64,000 bases of DNA from positions 1,088,001-1,152,000 of the forward strand of contig CAWIBO010000002.1 of the NCBI GenBank assembly GCA_963834385.1, written 5' to 3'. Below, piece by piece: positions 9,005 through 18,592 of the stretch; the stretch's first letter is position 1; each line of letters opens with the position of its first letter. Source of the stretch: an uncultured Verrucomicrobiae bacterium (GTDB lineage Bacteria; Verrucomicrobiota; Verrucomicrobiia; Chthoniobacterales; UBA10450). The notes beneath the pieces were generated by a model. It did no database searches and was not told where the DNA came from. It saw nothing but the letters and a program-made list of their open reading frames with translations. The position numbers were made by a program, and so were the translations under genes.

Positions 9005-10600
9005 TTAATCCCGACTGTCGCTGGGCCCGATCTCGTAAACCTCCACCAAGGCGACGCCTGTCTCGCTCTTACCACGGACCAGCGCGGTGTAGGTATCGAA
9101 GGCTGTTCTGAAAAGGATTGCTGATTCTCGAGAGTCGAGCGGGGCGAGTCCGGTCCCTATGATGTCGCCCGCATCCGGGGAGTCGACCCAGTCATCATTG
9201 CTAGCCACAGAATTGCCATTGGCGTCGTACAATTCCAGGAGAGGATCCGGTAAAGCATTGGCAACCCCCGCCGTCGTCAGAGACCCGCCAAGGGCACGCA
9301 GCAGGATCGAGGTCGGTATATCTCCCCTCACAATAAAGCCGCCGATCAGCACGTCGTCGTCGCCTCCAACCAAGGCGCGAACCGAGATGTTCACAAGATT
9401 CGAGTCTTTTTCGAAGAGATCGATGTCATACGCCTCCACCAAACCGATCCCCACCGTGTCGTTCTTCCCGCGCAAGATGGCGGTATAATTCATCTCGGCG
9501 GCCAGCGTGACAAGAATGGCGGCTTCTTCATTGGCAGCGGGGGCCAGCCCCGTCTCCTCAAGCTCGGTTTCCTGCGAATCACGCCAGTTGTCGTTCATGG
9601 CAATCAGCGCGCCGTCCCCATCGTAGATTTCCAGGACCGGATCGAGCAACAGGCCCGGCAAGGGCAAACCTGCAGCATTGAGAGAGGGCCCGATTCCCCG
9701 GAAGACCACGGACTTCACGGGCGGGACGTCAGGTATACGGGTTTCGGTCTCAATCCTCTCCCGTATGATCATGCCGGCAATGACCACATCATCGCCGGTT
9801 CCCACCGCGGCCCGGCCGGAAATGTTGCGTAGATTTGTGCGTTCGCCTGCGAAGGTCAGATCGGTGCAGTTTCCAGCCGCGCTCCCAACCAATTCCTCCG
9901 TCGTGACGGGAACGGAGAAACGAAAAATTTGGCTGCTATCGCTCTTACACGCATACAAGGTCCCGTCCCGAGGGTCTACCCCCAGCCCGTCGTAGAATAA
10001 ATCCAGTTGGGTGGATTCAATGCAGGCTCCCGTGGAAGGATCGAGACGCAGAAGCGCATTATCGTTCAGGGCCGTGATGACGGTGGCGTAGAGGACGCCG
10101 TCGCCCGAAAAAGCCAGGCCTCCAATTTTCTGCGCACAGCTTGCTCCGAGCAAGGTCGCTTCGGCCGTAGCCGTATTGATTGTGTATATTTCCCCTGTTC
10201 CGGCACGTGAGCCGTAAAGGATATTTGTTCCAGGTTGAAAACTAATGTCTGCGATTCGAATATTCATCCCTCCCACCGTGATGACGCCGCGGTCCGCCAG
10301 CAGTTCACCCGTCGTCGGTTCGAGCTCGAGCAACCGTCCTTCCGCCGTGTCGTTGGGATTTCCCGACCCGGCAGGCTGAATGGTCGCATAAAGCCGGCCT
10401 CCGGTGTCGAAGGCAAGTCCCGCGACTCTATTTGTTCCGCCCGGACTGGCCAGGACCGCGCCGGTCGCGTCACCGGGATCGAACGTGAAGATTTCTCCAC
10501 TCGTCCCTGACCCGTAGGAGACAAATGACCAGGCGAAGCGTGTCAGCCCTAAAAGAAGAACCAAGACGATTCCAACGAAAAGAATGGGGCGGGTTTTCAT
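9005..10600 (-). CDS. Secreted protein: beta-propeller-like N domain plus tandem C-terminal 'NIS.RA.VG' module
   Basis: Signal peptide; repeated blade motifs (GLAFD, DISFQP, GLAFS, GLGVDP); NISGRAAVGTGDDVVIAG and NISVRALVGGDDDVLIGGFI modules with NDNW/NDDW. Confidence 0.85.
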   Translation of the reverse strand: MKTRPILFVGIVLVLLLGLTRFAWSFVSYGSGTSGEIFTFDPGDATGAVLASPGGTNRVAGLAFDTGGRLYATIQPAGSGNPNDTAEGRLLELEPTTGELLADRGVITVGGMNIRIADISFQPGTNILYGSRAGTGEIYTINTATAEATLLGASCAQKIGGLAFSGDGVLYATVITALNDNALLRLDPSTGACIESTQLDLFYDGLGVDPRDGTLYACKSDSSQIFRFSVPVTTEELVGSAAGNCTDLTFAGERTNLRNISGRAAVGTGDDVVIAGMIIRERIETETRIPDVPPVKSVVFRGIGPSLNAAGLPLPGLLLDPVLEIYDGDGALIAMNDNWRDSQETELEETGLAPAANEEAAILVTLAAEMNYTAILRGKNDTVGIGLVEAYDIDLFEKDSNLVNISVRALVGGDDDVLIGGFIVRGDIPTSILLRALGGSLTTAGVANALPDPLLELYDANGNSVASNDDWVDSPDAGDIIGTGLAPLDSRESAILFRTAFDTYTALVRGKSETGVALVEVYEIGPSDSRD

Positions 10601-10838
10601 ATTTTGGTATTAGGAAGCACGGGCGAACCAATTTGTGCCCGTCTACTCCCGGCCTGGTCGAGAGACCAGTTCCACCCATGCTTACCCTGCCGCTGACGCG
10701 TGGTTCGATGAATGCCTCGTTTGGCTGGCCGCGAGGTTGACCAGCGCAAAGGGCTACGTCCAGAAGAAAAGAGCCTGCTCTCAGGTCGGCTGAGGATGGC
10801 TCATGCGACCTGCTCTCTGTGTCGCGGTCGGGGGAGCG

Positions 10839-11555
10839 TCAACGCTTTTTGCAAAGGGCGTACTGGTAACGGCCGCGCTTCCAGATTCGCTGTCCCTCCC
10901 ACGGCTGGGTGGAGAAGAGGGCCTGGAAGGAGGGCGCGGCAAAGACCCGCACCCGGCCCGGTTCACGGCGCCCGCGAAATCCGGTCAGCCGGGCCACGCT
11001 CCGCATGAGCAGCAGTGGGATGGAAGCCCAAACGACAAAACGGGGTTCACCGATAAAGCAACTCCCGCCGGGGGCGAGCACACGATGGATCTCGGCGACG
11101 GCCTGGCGTGGGCGCGGCAGCACGGTGAAAAGCCGGGAGGCGACAACGTGCTCGAACGAGCCGTCCGGATACGGCAGGGCGAGGGCGTTAACGCTTTCGA
11201 AGCGGCACTGGCGCAAGCCGAGACGGGTCGCCTGGTTGCGCGCGCGCTCGAGTTGCTCGGGCGACTGGTCGACCCCGGTGACCCGCAGGCCGGGATGACG
11301 CCGAGCCAGCCGGCAGGAATAAAAGCCGGGGCCGCACCCGAGCTCGAGCAGACGGGTGCCGGGCGGGGGCGCCCCGTTCGGCCAGAGATTGCGCGCGATC
11401 CGTGCGGTGTCGTCGCGAAAAAGATGCTCGCGAAAGAAAATGTAGAGCCAGGCAAACCGTTCAAAGAGACTCTCCCGCCGGGTGGGATGGTGCGGTCCCC
11501 CCAGGCGCGATGAGGCCGCAGAAGAGGGAGCAGCCAGCAGAGCGGGTGGAGTCAC
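10839..11555 (-). CDS. Class I SAM-dependent methyltransferase
   Basis: LLELGCGPG, VTGVDQS, LPYPDGSFE, EIHRVLAPGG. Start uncertain. Confidence 0.85.
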   Translation of the reverse strand: MTPPALLAAPSSAASSRLGGPHHPTRRESLFERFAWLYIFFREHLFRDDTARIARNLWPNGAPPPGTRLLELGCGPGFYSCRLARRHPGLRVTGVDQSPEQLERARNQATRLGLRQCRFESVNALALPYPDGSFEHVVASRLFTVLPRPRQAVAEIHRVLAPGGSCFIGEPRFVVWASIPLLLMRSVARLTGFRGRREPGRVRVFAAPSFQALFSTQPWEGQRIWKRGRYQYALCKKR

Positions 11556-11635
11556 GGCGCTCCTGAATCGCGGGCCAGAAGGCTTCCGGATGGCCTGCTT
11601 TTCCCGGCCGACCGGGCATGGTCATCCCGAAGCCG

Positions 11636-11850
11636 TTATTAACATTTCTTTAAGAATATTTCTTTCTCTCAAAGACATTATCTTCTTCATCAGCACGCCA
11701 ATAACAGCGCTAAAGGCCGCGTGACGCCCGGGCGCAGGCCAAAAAACAAACTGTGAATAGATCACGCGGACCGGCGTACAAAACGCCTGCAAGGTGACGA
11801 GGACCAATTCTGTTCACAACTATGAAAAGTTATTGGGCGGTTATCAGAAC
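11636..11850. other. Candidate replication origin (AT-rich tract plus degenerate DnaA boxes)
   Basis: AT-rich tract 11636-11690; TTATTAACA 11636, TGTGAATAG 11752, CTGTTCACA 11810, TATGAAAAG 11821; parS and mnmG lie 5-6 kb away. Confidence 0.45.
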
Positions 11851-11921
11851 GAAGGAACGCCAGCCAGGCCGCCGCGCAAAACTGCCGGGTTGGCCTGACC
11901 ATTGAGATCCTTGGCCGGGTA

Positions 11922-13535
11922 TCACTCGATCAAGCCGGGCTCGCCCAAATCGTAAATCTCCGCGAGCGCAACCCCGGTGGTATTATTTACTCCGCGGACC
12001 AGCGCCGTGTGTTGATTTGGGCCCGGCTCGAAAATGATGGCCGATTCCCGGGCATCAAGCGGGGCCAGACCGGAGGCGGTGATTTCGGGTGCGTCCGGTG
12101 AAGCCGGCCAGTTGTCGTTGGTTGCCACCGAGTTTCCGTTCGCATCAACGACTTCGAGCACCGGATCCTGCATGGCATTAATCACCCCGGAAGCGGTCAG
12201 GGAAGGACCAATGGCGCGGACCATGACGCGGATGGGCCGGTCCCCGCCCGGGATAAAGCCCCCGATGAGAATGTTGTCGCCGGTCTGGACAAAGGCGCGG
12301 GTCGAGATATTCGCGAAGCGGGATTCCTCGCCGAGGAGCGGATCGATGTCATAGGCCTCGACCACGCCGATCCCGGTCGTGTCGTTCTTGCCGCGCAGAA
12401 CGGCAGTGTAGTTTTCGTCGGAGGCCAGGGTGGCGATCAAGGCCGACTCAGCGTCAGCGGTCGGTGCCAGGCCGGTATCCATAATGTCCATCTCCTGGGA
12501 GTCCTTCCAGTTGTCGTTCGAATCGATGAGCAGGCCGTTTTCGTCATAGAGTTCGATGACCGGATCAAGCAATCGATTCGTCAGCGGCATTCCTCCGACT
12601 TCGAGGGAGGGGCCGATTCCGCGCAGGAGAACGCGCTTGGAGGGAGGGTCGTTCACGGGGCCGCGCGTCACGACCGGGTTCATCTCCTCGCCTCGGATAA
12701 TGAAACCGGCGATGGCGACATTCTCGCCCGTTCCGATCAGGGCGCGGCCGGAGATGTTCAAAAGGCGCTGCCGGATCTGGAGAAAGACCAGGTCCGAAGT
12801 CTCGTCCGCCGCATTGCCAATGGAATTCTCCGTGACAAGCGGCAGTGTGATCCGATAGATGGCGCTGCTGTTTTCCAGGGAGGCGTAAAGTGAGTTTTCA
12901 TCCTCGGGGTCGACCGCCAAACCATCGTAAAAGTTGCTCAAGGGAACAGCGTCAACACACTGCGCGGTGAAGGAGTCGATCGACATCAACGCCTCCTGTG
13001 CAGGTTCGATCGTGCCGCGTGTCTGCCCAGGGAGTTCGCCGGTGGCGATCAGGGTTCCATTGGCGAGCAGCGTGATGCCCCCAATGCGCTCGGCGCAGCT
13101 CGTCCCGACGAAACCCGCTTCCGCGGTCTCGAGATTGATGGTGTAGATTTCTCCGGTCCCCTCGCGCGCGGCGTAAAGGAGGTTCGTGCGCGGAAGAAAA
13201 GCCAGGTCGCTGATCCGCAGATTGGTGCTGCCCTCCTTAACGGTCCCGATTACTTCCGCGATCTCTCCGGTGTCCGGATTAAGGCGAACTAGACGGGAAT
13301 CGCCGGTCCCAGCCGGCTGGATGGTGGCGTAAAGTTCTCCATCGTGACTAAAACCGAGCCCGCTGACTTGCTCGGCGTCGCCCGGGTCGGCCAGGATCAT
13401 CCCGGAGGCGTCGCTGGGATCGACCGTGAAAACGGTGCCGTTATCGCCGCCTCCATACAGGTCAAGGGCCTGCGCCGGGTGAAGGCTGCCGAGAAGCGAA
13501 AAAAGCCCGAGGATGAGAAAGGAGCGCACGTTCAT
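11922..13535 (-). CDS. Secreted beta-propeller plus tandem C-terminal module protein, paralog of 9005-10600
   Basis: MNVRSFLILGLFSLL signal peptide; shares LYATIQPAG, GTGEIYTIN, FYDGL.VDP; NISGRALIGTGENVAIAGFII and NISTRAFVQTGDNILIGGFI. Confidence 0.87.
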   Translation of the reverse strand: MNVRSFLILGLFSLLGSLHPAQALDLYGGGDNGTVFTVDPSDASGMILADPGDAEQVSGLGFSHDGELYATIQPAGTGDSRLVRLNPDTGEIAEVIGTVKEGSTNLRISDLAFLPRTNLLYAAREGTGEIYTINLETAEAGFVGTSCAERIGGITLLANGTLIATGELPGQTRGTIEPAQEALMSIDSFTAQCVDAVPLSNFYDGLAVDPEDENSLYASLENSSAIYRITLPLVTENSIGNAADETSDLVFLQIRQRLLNISGRALIGTGENVAIAGFIIRGEEMNPVVTRGPVNDPPSKRVLLRGIGPSLEVGGMPLTNRLLDPVIELYDENGLLIDSNDNWKDSQEMDIMDTGLAPTADAESALIATLASDENYTAVLRGKNDTTGIGVVEAYDIDPLLGEESRFANISTRAFVQTGDNILIGGFIPGGDRPIRVMVRAIGPSLTASGVINAMQDPVLEVVDANGNSVATNDNWPASPDAPEITASGLAPLDARESAIIFEPGPNQHTALVRGVNNTTGVALAEIYDLGEPGLIE

Positions 13536-13696
13536 TTGATAAGTAATCGGGCGAGCAGGGCAGGATCGGCCGTTTCGAAGGCGTTTTTTTCCGCATTTCC
13601 CCGGCAACGGCAGGCGCGCGCGGCGATCAGGGCCATGCGCTCCGGGGGAGGACGATGTTTGACCCAGCGGTGCACCGGCGGTAAGCGCATATCCGC

Positions 13697-15517
13697 ATGA
13701 GCCTGCTCGAGGAACTCAAAACCCGCGTCCTGTGCGGCGACGGCGCCATGGGCACGTTGCTGCTGGAGCAGGGATTCTCCCAGGAGCAATGCCTCGAGGA
13801 ACTCTGCCTGACGGCACCGGGCCGGGTTCGCGCCCTGCACGAGGAATACATCCGGGCCGGCGCCCGGGTGATCGAGACCAACAGCTTCGGCGGCAACGCC
13901 GTTCGTCTCGAGCGTTTCGGGCTCGGCCAGCGCACCCGCGAGATCAACCGGGCCGCGGCTGACCTTGCCGGTGCCGCGGCGAAGGGGAAGAACGTCTTCG
14001 TGGCCGGCAGCGTTGGTCCGTCCGGCGTGAGCGCCGATGAAGCGATCCTGCGCGGAGTGGACCGGGCCGCGGCCTATCGCGAGCAGATCATCGGCCTGAG
14101 CGAAGGCGGGGCGGACATCCTTTTTTACGAGACGTTCATGGACTTTGACGAACTCCTGCTCGCGTTCGAGACCGGGAAAAGTGTGGCGCCGGAGGCGGCC
14201 ACGATCTGTTCGTTTGCCTGCGACCCGGAGGGACGCCTGCAGAATGGTCTGCCGATCGTGGAAGCATTTGAAAAACTGCGCGGCCTGGGGGCCGATGTGG
14301 TGGGCGTGAACTGTTTGAATGGTCCGCACGCCATGGTGCAGTTGCTGCAGCGCATCCCCGCCGGACCGCCTCTTTCCGCCTACGCCAACGCCGGTTATCC
14401 GAGATACGCCGGCGGCCGCTACATTTACCCGAGCGCCCCCGATTATTTTGCAAAGTCGGCGCTCGAGATGGCCGCGGAAGGAGCCGGGCTTATCGGCGGC
14501 TGTTGCGGCACCACCCCGGCGCATGTCGCGGCCATGGCGAAAGCCTTGCAGGGGCTCGAACCGGTGCGGGAAAAAGCACGGCGCGTGGCCCCGCCGCCGG
14601 CGCCGCGGCGCATCACCCAGCCTGACCGCGAGGAAAGCCTGCTCGAGCGAATGGCCGCCGGCCAGCGGGTCATTATCTGCGAACTGGATCCGCCGAAGAC
14701 CCTTTCGCTCGACAAATTTTTCACCGGCGCGCAGGCGCTTTCCCAGGCCGGCTGCGATGCGATCACCCTGGCGGATAATTCCCTCGCCATCCTGCGGGTG
14801 AGCAACCTTGCGGTGGGCGCGATGCTCAAGGAACGCTTCGGCATCACCCCGCTCCTGCACCTGAGCTGCCGGGACCGGAACATCCTCGGACTGCAAAGCG
14901 AACTGCTCGGGATGGCTGCGCTCGGGATGCGACATGTCCTGCCGCTCACGGGCGACCCCGCGCGTGTGGGCGATCATCCCGGCGCCAAATCGGTCTACGA
15001 CGTGAACTCAGTCGAGCTGATCGGGATCATCAAGCGCTTGAACGAGGGCTATTCCTACGCCGGTAAATCGATCAAGCACGCGACCGATTTTGTCATCGGC
15101 TGCACCTATAACCCGAACGCAAAAAACATCGAGGCGCAGGTGGAACGACTCGAGCGCAAGGTCGCCGCCGGCGCGCAGTACGCCATGACCCAGCCGGTTT
15201 TTGACCCGGCCCTGATTGCGGAAACAAAACGCCGGACGGCGCATCTCAACATCCCGATTTTTCTCGGCATCTGGCCGCTCCTGAGCGGGCGTCAGGCGGA
15301 GTTCCTCCATCATGAGGTGCCGGGCATCGTCGTGCCGGAGACGGTGCGCGCGCAGATGCAGGGACTGGAGAAGGAAGAGGGACGCGCGCAAGGTCTCGCG
15401 ATCGCGAAAGCGATCACGGAGGCGGCGCTGCGCGAGTTCAACGGCATCTATCTCATCACCCCGTTCCTGAATTTCGAGACGACAACGGAACTTGCCCAAT
15501 TTGCGCGTTCCCTGTGA
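13697..15517 (+). CDS. Bifunctional homocysteine S-methyltransferase / methylenetetrahydrofolate reductase (YitJ-like)
   Basis: CGDGAMGT, GVNC, IGGCCGTTP in N domain; ELDPPK, HLSCRDRN, LTGDP, MTQPVFD in MTHFR domain. Confidence 0.93.
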   Translation: MSLLEELKTRVLCGDGAMGTLLLEQGFSQEQCLEELCLTAPGRVRALHEEYIRAGARVIETNSFGGNAVRLERFGLGQRTREINRAAADLAGAAAKGKNVFVAGSVGPSGVSADEAILRGVDRAAAYREQIIGLSEGGADILFYETFMDFDELLLAFETGKSVAPEAATICSFACDPEGRLQNGLPIVEAFEKLRGLGADVVGVNCLNGPHAMVQLLQRIPAGPPLSAYANAGYPRYAGGRYIYPSAPDYFAKSALEMAAEGAGLIGGCCGTTPAHVAAMAKALQGLEPVREKARRVAPPPAPRRITQPDREESLLERMAAGQRVIICELDPPKTLSLDKFFTGAQALSQAGCDAITLADNSLAILRVSNLAVGAMLKERFGITPLLHLSCRDRNILGLQSELLGMAALGMRHVLPLTGDPARVGDHPGAKSVYDVNSVELIGIIKRLNEGYSYAGKSIKHATDFVIGCTYNPNAKNIEAQVERLERKVAAGAQYAMTQPVFDPALIAETKRRTAHLNIPIFLGIWPLLSGRQAEFLHHEVPGIVVPETVRAQMQGLEKEEGRAQGLAIAKAITEAALREFNGIYLITPFLNFETTTELAQFARSL

Positions 15518-15535
15518 AATGACGACCTTTCCCGA

Positions 15536-16297
15536 ATGCCCCGAATCGGTCGCACACTTGCCTGGCAGTTGGGCGGGCTTCTGCTCGTCGGCGGCAGCCT
15601 TGTGCTTCTCTCCCGCTTCTTTCCGCTGGCCGACTGGATTGCCGGCGTGCAGCAACAGGTGATGCGCTGGGGCGCGTGGAGCGCCCTTGCCTATCCCCTG
15701 CTCTACGCCGGTTGCAATGTTCTCCTTCTGCCGGGCGGCGTTCTCTCCATGGGCGGCGGATTTTTCTTCGGGCTCTGGTGGGGCTTCCTGATTGTGCTCG
15801 TGGGGAACGTGGGCGGCGCCGCCATCGCTTTTTATCTCAGCCGGCGCTTTGGCCAAAGCTGGTTTGGCCGGAAACTGGCGGGCACCTCCACCTTCGAGGC
15901 GCTGGCCCCGGCCATGCGTCGTGAAGGCTGGAAGATCATTCTGCTCAGCCAGCTTCATCCGCTCTTTCCCACCAGCCTGATGAACTACCTCTACGGCCTG
16001 ACCACGATCCGGTTTCGGACCTGCATGTTCTGGGTGGCGATCGGGCAGGCGCCCGGGCTCTTTCTGTACGTCTACCTCGGAACCCTGGGTCAGCTCGGAT
16101 TAAACCTGCTCCGCGGCCGGAGCCATCCGCGGATGCTGGAGTATTGGATTTGGATCGGCGGGTTCGCCTCTCTGTTCGTGGTGGTGTTTTTAATTGGTCG
16201 AATTGCTCTGCGCTGGATGCAGGAGATTGAGAACGCGGAGACCGCGGCCAAAGCGAGCGAGGCCGTGCCAACTGTGATACAGAAACAACTCTTATAG
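15536..16297 (+). CDS. TVP38/TMEM64 (DedA/SNARE-associated) membrane protein
   Basis: LLLPGGVLSMGGGFFFGLWWG; LHPLFPTSLMNYLYGLT. Confidence 0.88.
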   Translation: MPRIGRTLAWQLGGLLLVGGSLVLLSRFFPLADWIAGVQQQVMRWGAWSALAYPLLYAGCNVLLLPGGVLSMGGGFFFGLWWGFLIVLVGNVGGAAIAFYLSRRFGQSWFGRKLAGTSTFEALAPAMRREGWKIILLSQLHPLFPTSLMNYLYGLTTIRFRTCMFWVAIGQAPGLFLYVYLGTLGQLGLNLLRGRSHPRMLEYWIWIGGFASLFVVVFLIGRIALRWMQEIENAETAAKASEAVPTVIQKQLL

Positions 16298-16305
16298 AAC
16301 AGGTT

Positions 16306-16695
16306 ATGAATAATAAAGAGTTGATTGAGAGGGCCAGGTCTGCCCGGGAATTGGCGTATGCTCCCTACTCCGGGTTCGCAGTGGGGGCCGCCTTGTTGGG
16401 AAAAGGAGGCGGGCTTTTTATTGGGGCCAACATCGAGAACATCTCGTATGGCCTGACCAACTGCGCCGAGCGGGTGGCGGTGGGTAACGCGGCCATGCAA
16501 GGTGAGCACGAGTTCGTTGCCCTGGCTTTGGTTTCCGATTCGGCGGAGCCGGTGATGCCGTGCGGCGCCTGCCGACAGGTCTTGGCAGAATTTGCGCCGA
16601 ACCTCCGGATCATCTCGGCCACACTTTCCGGGAAAGAAGCAGAACACAACCTTTCCGAACTCCTCCCCCGGCCCCGCCAAGGTATCTTGAAGTGA
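16306..16695 (+). CDS. cdd: Cytidine deaminase
   Basis: [36 protein letters not shown]. Confidence 0.95.
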   Translation: MNNKELIERARSARELAYAPYSGFAVGAALLGKGGGLFIGANIENISYGLTNCAERVAVGNAAMQGEHEFVALALVSDSAEPVMPCGACRQVLAEFAPNLRIISATLSGKEAEHNLSELLPRPRQGILK

Positions 16696-18590
16696 TGGAC
16701 AGTTTCCCGCAGCGGTTCGATGTGATTGTGGTGGGCAGCGGGCACGCCGGGGTGGAAGCGGCCATGGCCGCTACCCGGGTTGGCGCGGAGGTGCTGCTGC
16801 TGACCCAGAACCTGGACACGATTGCACAGATGTCGTGCAACCCGGCGGTCGGCGGCTTGGGGAAAGGGCATATCGTGCGCGAGATCGACGCGCTGGGGGG
16901 CGTTATGGGCGAGAACACCGACGCCACCGGGATCCAGTTCCGGTTGTTGAACCGCTCGAAGGGTCCCAGCGTGCAGGCGCCCCGGGCGCAATGCGACAAG
17001 AAGGCGTATCAATTCCGGCTGAAAGCCACCCTGGAACGGCAACCGGGTTTGCAGTTGTTTCAGGCGGGTGTGACCCGCGTGTTGACCGCGGGGGGCGCGG
17101 TCTGCGGGGTGGAGACCGACATCGGGATGGCGTTTGCCGGCCGCAGCGTGGTGATCACGGCGGGGACATTTTTGCGGGGGTTGCTGCATGTCGGGGCGTC
17201 GACCAAGGCCGGGGGGCGGATGGGTGACGCCACCTCGGGGCTGAGCGAAAACTTGAAGGAACTGGGGATTGAAGTGGCTCGTTTCAAAACCGGCACCCCC
17301 TGCCGGATCCGTCGGTCCTCAATCGATTTTAGCCGGTGTGAAAAGCAGGAGGGAGAGGAACCGGCCCCGCGGTTCAGTTTTTTGCCGGTGGAGCGCAGGG
17401 AGGGCGACCTTTTCACCCTGAATTGGTCCGAAAATGGGGTGTTCCACGTGGAACAATTGCCCTGCTGGATCACCCGGACCGGGCCGGAAACCCACGAAAT
17501 CATCCGGGCGAACCTTCACCGTTCAGCCCTTTATTCGGGCCGGATCAGCGGGACCGGCCCCCGTTACTGCCCCTCGATCGAGGATAAAATCGTCAAGTTT
17601 GCCGAGAAAACCCAGCACCAGCTGTTTCTCGAGCCGGAAGGACGGCATACGGACGAGTTTTATGTCAACGGGGTCTCGACGAGCCTCCCCTTTGACGTCC
17701 AGCTCGCCTTTCTGCGGACTGTTCCCGGACTGGAGGCGGTCGAGATTCTTCGCCCCGGTTATGCGGTTGAGTACGATTATTTCCCGCCCACGCAGCTCGG
17801 TTCCTCCCTGGAGTCGAAAATTGTCGAAGGCCTCTTCTTTGCCGGTCAGGTCAACGGCACTTCAGGTTACGAGGAAGCCGCTGCCCAGGGACTGGTCGCT
17901 GGCGCCAACGCCGCGCTGAAAGTGGCCGGGCGCGCCCCGCTCCCGCTTCCCCGCGAAACCAGCTATATCGGCGTCATGATTGATGATCTCGTGACAAAAG
18001 GAACGGATGAACCCTATCGCATGTTCACCAGCCGGGCGGAGCGGCGCCTGGCCCTGCGGCAGGACACCGCCGATCAACGTCTCACCCCGGTGGGCAAGGT
18101 CCATGGGTTGGTCAGCGAAGACCGATGGACCGTGTTCACCCGGAAGATCGATCGGTTGGGGGAACTGCGGACTGCGGCCGGCCGCTCCAGCGGGCGGCCC
18201 GATTCCCTTTGGCAACAAATGAAACGGCCCGAGTTCCGCCTCGAACCCCCGCATCCCGAACAGGCCGCCGCCGACCGCGAACTCTGGAGCCTGCTTGAAA
18301 CGGAAGCGAAATACGAAGGCTACGAACAACGCCAGCACCGCGAATCAAAGCACGCGGCGCATCATGAAAAACAGGCCATCCCGCGCGACCTCGATTTCAA
18401 TCTGGTGCCAAGTCTGCGGCGCGAGACCCGCGAAAAGCTGAGCCGCCTCCGGCCGGAATCCGTCGCGGCAGCGGGGCGAATCAGCGGGATCACGCCGGCC
18501 GACGTATCGATCCTGAGCATCTGGCTGCGTCAGAATAACATACGTAACCCACTTACTGACGGCGCTTTATCCACTTCAAATAGTAGCTAG
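16695..18590 (+). CDS. mnmG: tRNA uridine-5-carboxymethylaminomethyl(34) synthesis enzyme
   Basis: [59 protein letters not shown] overlaps cdd stop. Confidence 0.96.
   Translation: MDSFPQRFDVIVVGSGHAGVEAAMAATRVGAEVLLLTQNLDTIAQMSCNPAVGGLGKGHIVREIDALGGVMGENTDATGIQFRLLNRSKGPSVQAPRAQCDKKAYQFRLKATLERQPGLQLFQAGVTRVLTAGGAVCGVETDIGMAFAGRSVVITAGTFLRGLLHVGASTKAGGRMGDATSGLSENLKELGIEVARFKTGTPCRIRRSSIDFSRCEKQEGEEPAPRFSFLPVERREGDLFTLNWSENGVFHVEQLPCWITRTGPETHEIIRANLHRSALYSGRISGTGPRYCPSIEDKIVKFAEKTQHQLFLEPEGRHTDEFYVNGVSTSLPFDVQLAFLRTVPGLEAVEILRPGYAVEYDYFPPTQLGSSLESKIVEGLFFAGQVNGTSGYEEAAAQGLVAGANAALKVAGRAPLPLPRETSYIGVMIDDLVTKGTDEPYRMFTSRAERRLALRQDTADQRLTPVGKVHGLVSEDRWTVFTRKIDRLGELRTAAGRSSGRPDSLWQQMKRPEFRLEPPHPEQAAADRELWSLLETEAKYEGYEQRQHRESKHAAHHEKQAIPRDLDFNLVPSLRRETREKLSRLRPESVAAAGRISGITPADVSILSIWLRQNNIRNPLTDGALSTSNSS
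17440..17455. other. parS centromere-like site
   Basis: Perfect 16-bp palindrome TGTTCCACGTGGAACA, matching the canonical parS consensus, inside mnmG. Confidence 0.85.
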
Positions 18591-18592
18591 CC

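Noticed and set aside
11622..11807. Short ORF ending MKKIMSLRERNILKEMLITASG
   Set aside because: Atypical composition, no RBS or motif; better explained as non-coding AT-rich DNA.
13536..13696. SAM riboswitch upstream of the YitJ-like gene
   Set aside because: No SAM-I core motifs recognised by eye; an Rfam/Infernal scan would be needed to exclude other classes.
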